From: Macrostomum hystrix
Lineage: Eukaryota > Animalia > Platyhelminthes
Direction: 5' to 3'
NCBI GenBank assembly: GCA_950097015.1
Contig: CATNEN010000039.1
Span: 13,516,001 to 13,580,000 of the forward strand
DNA length: 64,000 nucleotides
In this document: positions 58,701 to 64,000 of the stretch, in pieces
How positions within the stretch are numbered: position 1 is the stretch's first letter
Layout: every line of letters starts with the position of its first letter
Made by a program: the position numbers and the translations under genes
Notes under the pieces: model-generated
The model's input: only the letters and a program-made list of their open reading frames with translations
Databases searched by the model: none
Told to the model about the DNA's origin: nothing

Positions 58701-60226
58701 GGCGCTGTCGCAGGGTCACGCTGGGAGGGCTCAGCTTGGCCCGCTGGTAGAGAGCCTGGTTGGTGACGTGTTCGGCGTGACGGTGCACGCTGAAGGCAGC
58801 GCGCAGCAGGCTGGAGTGCGCCGCGTCCAGCTGGCGCTCCAGCACATCCGTCATGGTCCAGGTCTCGGCGTTGTAGAAGAGCACCGTTTCCACCACCGCC
58901 TGGAACAGTCTGGTTCTCAGCTGGTCTGGCAGGGCGTCGCTTTGGAGCACGATGCGCACTGAGCGGAAAGCCGCCCACGCAAGCCCTCTGCGACGCCGCA
59001 GGTCCTCCTGGACGCTGGGCACGAGACCACCAAGGTACCGGAACTGCTCACATCGGGGGAGCGGTGCTGCCGTTGCGCTGTCCATGCTGGGAAGGCGGAT
59101 GACCGCTGGCAGATCGGATGGCACAGTCAGGACCTCCGTCTTCTTGGCGTTGATCTTAAGGCCAACCTTCGCAGCGGCAGCAGCTAGGCCGTCGAGGAGG
59201 CGTTGAGCACCAGCAGCAGTGGATGCCAGCAGGGCGAGGTCATCAGCATATCCGAGGACTGCCAGCCGCTTCTCCGGGTGCCGGCTGCTCGTTCGCCTGC
59301 ATAGGATGTAGCCGTCCGAGTTGTCCGGTAGTCCTGTCCGCAGCACCCAGTCCAAGATGAGGATGAACAGGAAGGGAGCGAGGGTGTCTCCTTGCAGGAC
59401 TCCGGATGAGGTGGTGAAGAAGTCGGAAAGGCCGTCAGGTGTGATCACAGCAGCGTGCGTGTCGTGGTAAGAGCGCCATCACTGCTGCAATCAGTTTCTC
59501 TGGCACGTTGTAGGCTGGGAGAACTAGTGGAATCACGCCTCGAGCCACCGAGTCGAAAGCCTTCAGGAAGTCGATGAACAGACAGAAAAGGTCCGACTGG
59601 CGAATGCGCGATTCCTCGATAATTCTCCGGAGCGCCAGAATTTGCGTGACTGTACCACGTCGTGGCCGGAACCGACTAAAGTCGACGAATTATAAAAACA
59701 TCTCGACGATGTTGACTCGGACCACTTAAAAAGTTAGTTTATCGAATTTTTTTATCCACATGGTAGACATTCACGGTCATCGGTCATTCGATCTGGGAGC
59801 TATCGTGAAGTAGTCAGTGGGTATTTGAAATACTCCGAATGCTCTTTATAAACTATTTTTTTACATTGCTTATTGCTTTTTTATTGCTTTTGCTTTTTTA
59901 CATTCAACGTTACCTGCAACAAATATGACGCTGACTGACACCAAATTATTTAAATTTTGCGAAAAAAAATTTCAGACAACCAGTGCTTTAAGCAACAGCT
60001 GAGTGTCAATAGTCCAACTGTGACTGTGAGCCCCGGACACATTGTTGAGACCCATCAGCTGGGCAGTTCCAATAGCCAGTTGGGTTGCACGCTGGAGTGC
60101 CAGTACATTGCCTGGTGTCAGGCCGCCTTCTACAGGTTCGACTGCAACTGCTGCTACCTGCTGCGATTCGCTGTGCTGCCAGACTCTCTAGCTACCGCTA
60201 CGGGCCAACTATGGACTAGGAAGTAG
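52769..60226 (+). CDS. Secreted WSC-domain + PAN/Apple-like protein, about 223 aa, 2 exons with a 6.8-kb TE-filled intron
   Basis: TATATAAA at ~52713, signal peptide, then WSC motif YMGCYKE...MTIRMCSQLC...YFGVQ...CSC...CSLRCNGNASEFCG. Exon 1 ends at 53189 (GTGAGC, phase 1). Exon 2 is 59976-60226 after TTTCAG with GCTLECQYIAWCQAAFY...CYLL. The exon linkage is inferred from paralog architecture and phase. Confidence 0.72.
53555..56225 (-). mobile_element. piggyBac transposon; termini degenerate or uncertain
   Basis: Intact transposase. Inverted motif TTCCTGCCGGCT (~53630) / AGCCGGCAGGAA (~56115) and four copies of palindrome TGGTAAGCA.TGCTTACCA. No clear TTAA TSD. Confidence 0.7.
54106..55857 (-). 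CDS. piggyBac transposase (PGBD4-like), 583 aa
   Basis: Acidic N-terminus, DYWS, SIDES..FKGR..KQYIPTK, FTDTWF, GTVR, YN..MGGVDKLD (DDD triad present) and C-terminal Cys-rich domain CRIC...CSRCPGCPGLC..CF..WH. Confidence 0.93.
   Translation of the reverse strand: MASLSGIEYMTSDSEVSLDSYLTIDEEPGEEVGIEDALNGNPPIMEEPEGEEGQEFADGEAAEVENVWRLVEPGSDEGTESFEFTGTAGLNPNVLIPDNVELDKSLFLQMFLSDELFQRLAEWTNAKVATMLMELDPETDVLPPILTSWRDCTASEMKKLVGMHLYMGLNKNSELHDYWSTDEFHCMPYFQKPEALARDRFKQLLTFLRFYDSREEASADPLLKIRPFMNMLQAYCKNNYRPECEVSIDESLILFKGRLRFKQYIPTKRAKSGMKMYCLCESKSAYLFNFIVHSTPEENRKFGSTQDCVNLSLSERIVGELANDILDQGYRIFTDTWFTSYRLSQFLIDHSTFLTGTVRPDRGVPAQLRQAVVVPNNVAFVRKGRVLIVKAVERKQSGVKTVYLLDTKDVASKAEKVKINRAGQHVAVQKSRSVLTYNRCMGGVDKLDGTLQPYDAGRKTTKWFHKLGLHMCLQMVRNAWVLYSKCGGQNTFIKYLEASIRELVERTGNGRKRPASMLRSVAVVEQHFPEKIPGRPAQPRPTKRCRICYSSARSRRTIYFCSRCPGCPGLCLFDCFQRWHSQR
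56262..56390 (+). pseudogene. Short mariner/Tc1 transposase fragment
   Basis: LLHHDNARTNTAQK...LLPHPPFLPD, compared with HDNARPH...LPHPPYSPD. Confidence 0.55.
56690..57060. repeat. ~43-47-bp minisatellite (GTCGCATTGGAGGAATGACAAACATTGATGGCAG.ACAG..TATG)
   Basis: Direct reading. Confidence 0.95.
58424..59672 (-). mobile_element. 5'-truncated RTE-type LINE (second family) with RT fragment
   Basis: FIDFLKAFDSV, then a frameshift at ~59470, then GVLQGDTLAPFLF, GYADD, FRYLG (ORF 58489-59448). (TTGTA)n tail. 7-bp TSD CGACTAA at 58417-58423 and 59673-59679. Confidence 0.88.
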
Positions 60227-60297
60227 AGTACACACTGCAACCTAGCAGGCGTTCGCGAAGACAACGAAACATCGGGTCTAAGACGTTTGACTCGTGC

Positions 60298-60670
60298 CAT
60301 ATCTAACACCCTCTTTTAATTTCTAACACCCCTCATCATACCTAACACCCAACCCCCAAATCAAACAAACTATCATCATTATCTAAAACCCACTTATCAT
60401 ATCTAACACCCTCTCATCATGCCTAACACCCTCTCATCATATCTAACACCCTCTCATCATACCTAACACCCTCTCATCATATCTAAAACCCTCTCATCAT
60501 ATCTAACACCCTCTCATCATACCTAACACCCTCTCATCATATCTAACACCCTCTCATCATACCTAACACCCTCTCATCATATTTAACACCCTCTCATCAT
60601 ATCTAACACCCTCTCATCAAATCTAATACCAAATGCTAATATCTAAAACCCACTCAACATATCCGACACC
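60298..60670. repeat. 20-bp minisatellite (ATCTAACACCCTCTCATCAT)
   Basis: Direct reading. Confidence 0.94.
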
Positions 60671-61139
60671 ATCAAACACTCAAATTAAGAATCTATTAAT
60701 CGCTAACTTTAGCGAGATAAAGATAAAGTGTCATCTTTATCTTAAATATATCGATATACTTATTTATCCATAAAGCAGAAAAATATTAAAAGTGCCCTTC
60801 TTTGGTGTATAAAATGGCCAACGAAGAAGCAGGCCTCACAAATACATTCACTCATAGAGGATTTCATTATATTTTACAGAATTTATTGAGCGCACAATTT
60901 TTTAGGCGTTTAACAAGTTCACTGGCTTGTCAATTTCATGATGCCATAGAAATGCGAGTTAAAATTTAGATTCTAACTAAAATTAAGAAAATAAAAGGTG
61001 TTAAACTAGTCATTTGGAGGACGAGATCATCTGCTCTAGCTTTGACTTCGCTTGTTTACCCTGGGCCAGTGACGCCTTGATTGAATCCTGAAATGTATCG
61101 TTGAATAGGGTAGTTTAAAAACTAGTGGAAATAATGTAT

Positions 61140-61410
61140 AATAATTATTACTATTGCAGGAGGGCTGCGGGCAATGGCACATCATTTGGTGACACTAGAC
61201 CCGCAGCCAGTGAGTAGGCAATTCTGCCCATTTCGCTAACTCCTGAGCACACACGCACTCAGAGGTGCGTACATCTGACCTGACTTTCTCATCGCTTTAA
61301 AGTGCCTTGGAGGTCGGCCCTCTAGGGCGTAAATTAATGTGGCCTCGTAATCGAGCTCAGGGACCTTTGGTGCGAGAGGCAAACACGTTATCGGCTCTGC
61401 TATTCACCCC
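61140..61410 (-). mobile_element. tRNA-derived SINE, family B copy
   Basis: Near-collinear with 47727-48068, with internal deletions. Confidence 0.75.
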
Positions 61411-61429
61411 CATATATTAAGTCGCCCAA

Positions 61430-61900
61430 TGGATACCGGCGACGACTTTGCAACAGCAAAGGAGAGGCTGGATGAATATTTTAAAGACGGGACCAACGTT
61501 ATACGAGCGTATATATGAAACATTCAACCTCCTACAGATTCGTCAAAAATAACGTGAGAGTATTGACACCTTCCAAAGCAGGAAACTTAAAGCAGAGAAG
61601 TGTTGTGATCTTGCGGTATCAAGTGCAGACCGCAAGACAAAGCTGTCTTATAAAGAAACGATTCCGTGAGATCTCGCAGTGCTCAAATTCCTGTCATCCA
61701 ACCTTCGAATGAAGCTGATCCAGGAGGGATCTGCGCTGACTTTTAAAAGAGCTCTAGAGCTTTAAGGATGCTTCAAGTCCACGAACAAGCAGAGCAAAAT
61801 AGCGGAACAATCCCAGGTGAACGCCATCAGGCCGCAAGGAATAGGTGGTACAGTGATCAAAATCAAAGGAAGAAATGTATAGCTGATCAAGCAGAACGTC
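61430..61900 (+). pseudogene. Degenerate Gypsy-type gag remnant
   Basis: DFATAKERLDEYFK..TNV... and LRMKLIQEGSALTFKRALEL resemble the Gag of 15174-19169. Multiple stops and frameshifts. Confidence 0.5.
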
Positions 61901-62146
61901 TACATGAGACCAGGGTGAAAATGGTTTGCTGGAAATTGTAAGTTAGCTATTGGTCTCATGAAATTGTTTCCAGAGGTGAAGTCATCAGATCAGAAGCAGC
62001 TGAATTCGATGACCAAGGAATCAGCGCAGGCGACTGAGTTATCCAGCAACCGTGACGTCAGCAATTCAGATTTAGGATCATCGTACGCTACCACCACTGA
62101 CCAAGCTCAACCGGATGCATTAGAACAAAGTTCTTATGATGGTCTG

Positions 62147-62347
62147 TGTTGTGTAATGATCGATGCTGGCTAGCCGACGTGCAGGTCTTTCTCTTTCTCT
62201 CTTAGAGCACCTGCCCCCTAGTCCCCCATTGATGCGTACAATGTACATTGCTCACTGCACTTATATATATATATCGGCTCTCTGCCCATCGCTGGCTTTA
62301 AGCGTTTCGTAGCTCGCACATCTCTCGCCTGGACTTCTAACATAACA
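62147..62347 (+). mobile_element. Solo LTR (201 bp)
   Basis: TGTTGTG...CATAACA ends, 5-bp TSD GTCTG at 62142-62146 and 62348-62352, internal TATA run. Confidence 0.8.
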
Positions 62348-64000
62348 GTCTGGAGTTCAGTCTGGAGTTCAGTCTAGAGTTTAGCTAGGGAGAGTGCTAA
62401 GGTCAATGGTCTTCATTTCATTCCTGTTATTTGCTCTAGCCAGCACTCTGACCAACATTTTATTCACTTTTGACTTCACTAATGGATATCTGAGACATAT
62501 TGGTTTGTGCTGCTTCTTCGTTTCGCCTGTCAATCATCCTGTCTGCCAGTCTGCTTCATCACTGGTGGCTTCACTCGTGGCAGACGGTTCTTGTACGATT
62601 TTTTAGGCTATGTAGGCTACATGTAGGCTACAGATGTTTTGTCTATTCAAACTCCCTTACTTTCCTGCTGCCCCATTATTGCTCAGTCCCGTTTCGTTGG
62701 CTTCCTGCCATTAGGGGTTTAGTTCCGTTTAGTTTATTTATCCCCTGGTGGCTGGCTCACATTCGTGTATCAAGGGTACGCTTCTGTAATTTCTCTTTAA
62801 CTCACGAGATCGGCGTCTGTCCGATGTAACTCAAACTCGGCCCGAATCCAGTGGCGTAATTCACTTCGCTGCTTGGCATCAGAAACTTTTCCGGCAGTGC
62901 GAAGCAGTGTGCGATATAGCTGCCGAGTTTCTGCCTTCAGGATGAACTGGTAGTGTGCATTTCAAACTTAGAGAATTATTTTATAATTTTTAGCAAGAAA
63001 ATTGTAATTAAAATATAAAAAATTTTTGTTAAGCAATTGAAAATTAATACAACAGTGTGATAACTGGCTAGAACTAGTATTCTCAGTGGCCGAAACAGGA
63101 TTTTGAAATTAAGGGGAAGTGCAGCCACAACACTATCAGCTTAGCTAACTGTCATGCTGTAGTCCACTAGCACTCATGTATCACATTGCCTGACAATCTA
63201 ACATGTGCATCTATCACTGACTCTCGCTTACTATGTACATGCCGCCCACACGCACGTTGATCATATCAGTGGCACATTGAGGCAAATTTATAAATACAGT
63301 CTCGCCACAGCTTGACTCTTGAGTAATTATACTAAGAACCTAACACAGGTAGCTAAGCTAATCTTAAATGTGAAAGAGAGCTTACCTTGCTTACAACCTT
63401 TGGAACAGGATGGGTCAGTCTCTGGACTGCCATAACATAATAACATGCGAATTTAATGTTTGTTTTAATGTCACGTAAATTTTGTTTGAATGCACCGTTT
63501 GTTTGTCTGCACCAAAAATAAATAGTTATACTGAAGTCGCGGAGAAGAGGAGGCGAAGAGATAATACTATAAATACACAAGGGAAATAAAGAGGAAACTA
63601 ACTCGTACAACCTTGGTTAATAAAAGAGAGTTCAGAATAAAGAAAGCTTGAATCTTGAAGTGTTCGTGTTGAAGTTATTTGAAAGAGACATTGCAAAAGA
63701 GAAGTAAACTGAGTAAGGGAAAGCCCAAGATGGACTGAAGATTGAACTGAAGAGTAATTGAAGAGTGATAAAGAGTGATAAAAGACTGATAAAGACTGAT
63801 AAAGACTGATAAAGACAGAAAAAGAGTACTTATAGAAATAATACAGTAAGGTTATAAAAGAAGTGAATATAGAAGATAAATATTGGCCATATTAAACATA
63901 TTGTAGCAAATCGTAAAATTGTTATTGTATCGTACTTACTAAAAATAGTTTTCTGTTGTAGAAATTTCTATAATTTTCTTAGACTTTCTTTAGGAATTGT

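Overview
This is eukaryotic (animal) genomic DNA, not prokaryotic. It has spliced GT-AG genes, GC3-rich exons, very dense minisatellites and WSC/PAN secreted-protein genes. That style suggests a free-living flatworm such as Macrostomum, which is an unverified inference. Spliced genes rebuilt by hand with phase-compatible splice sites are: a Cys-rich type I membrane protein (3275-4087,-), cytosolic purine 5'-nucleotidase NT5C2 (5429-14208,-), a DEDDh exonuclease of the ISG20L/AEN/REXO4 group (20397-25061,-), ERCC1 (25737-27549,-), two paralogous signal peptide-WSC-PAN/Apple-like genes (33968-35298,-; 52769-60226,+) and FBXL16 (45659-49481,-). Mobile DNA includes an intact RTE-type LINE, a Ty3/Gypsy element with identical LTRs nested in a solo LTR nested in a minisatellite, an intact-ORF piggyBac, Harbinger, mariner and Tc1-like remnants, a truncated RTE with TSD, a second solo LTR and two tRNA-derived SINE families. 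The most striking pattern is that almost every intron of the conserved genes is filled nearly splice site to splice site by its own tandem repeat. These look like small introns whose interior, sometimes including branch-point/AG-like motifs, was amplified, and two such arrays later received retroelement insertions.
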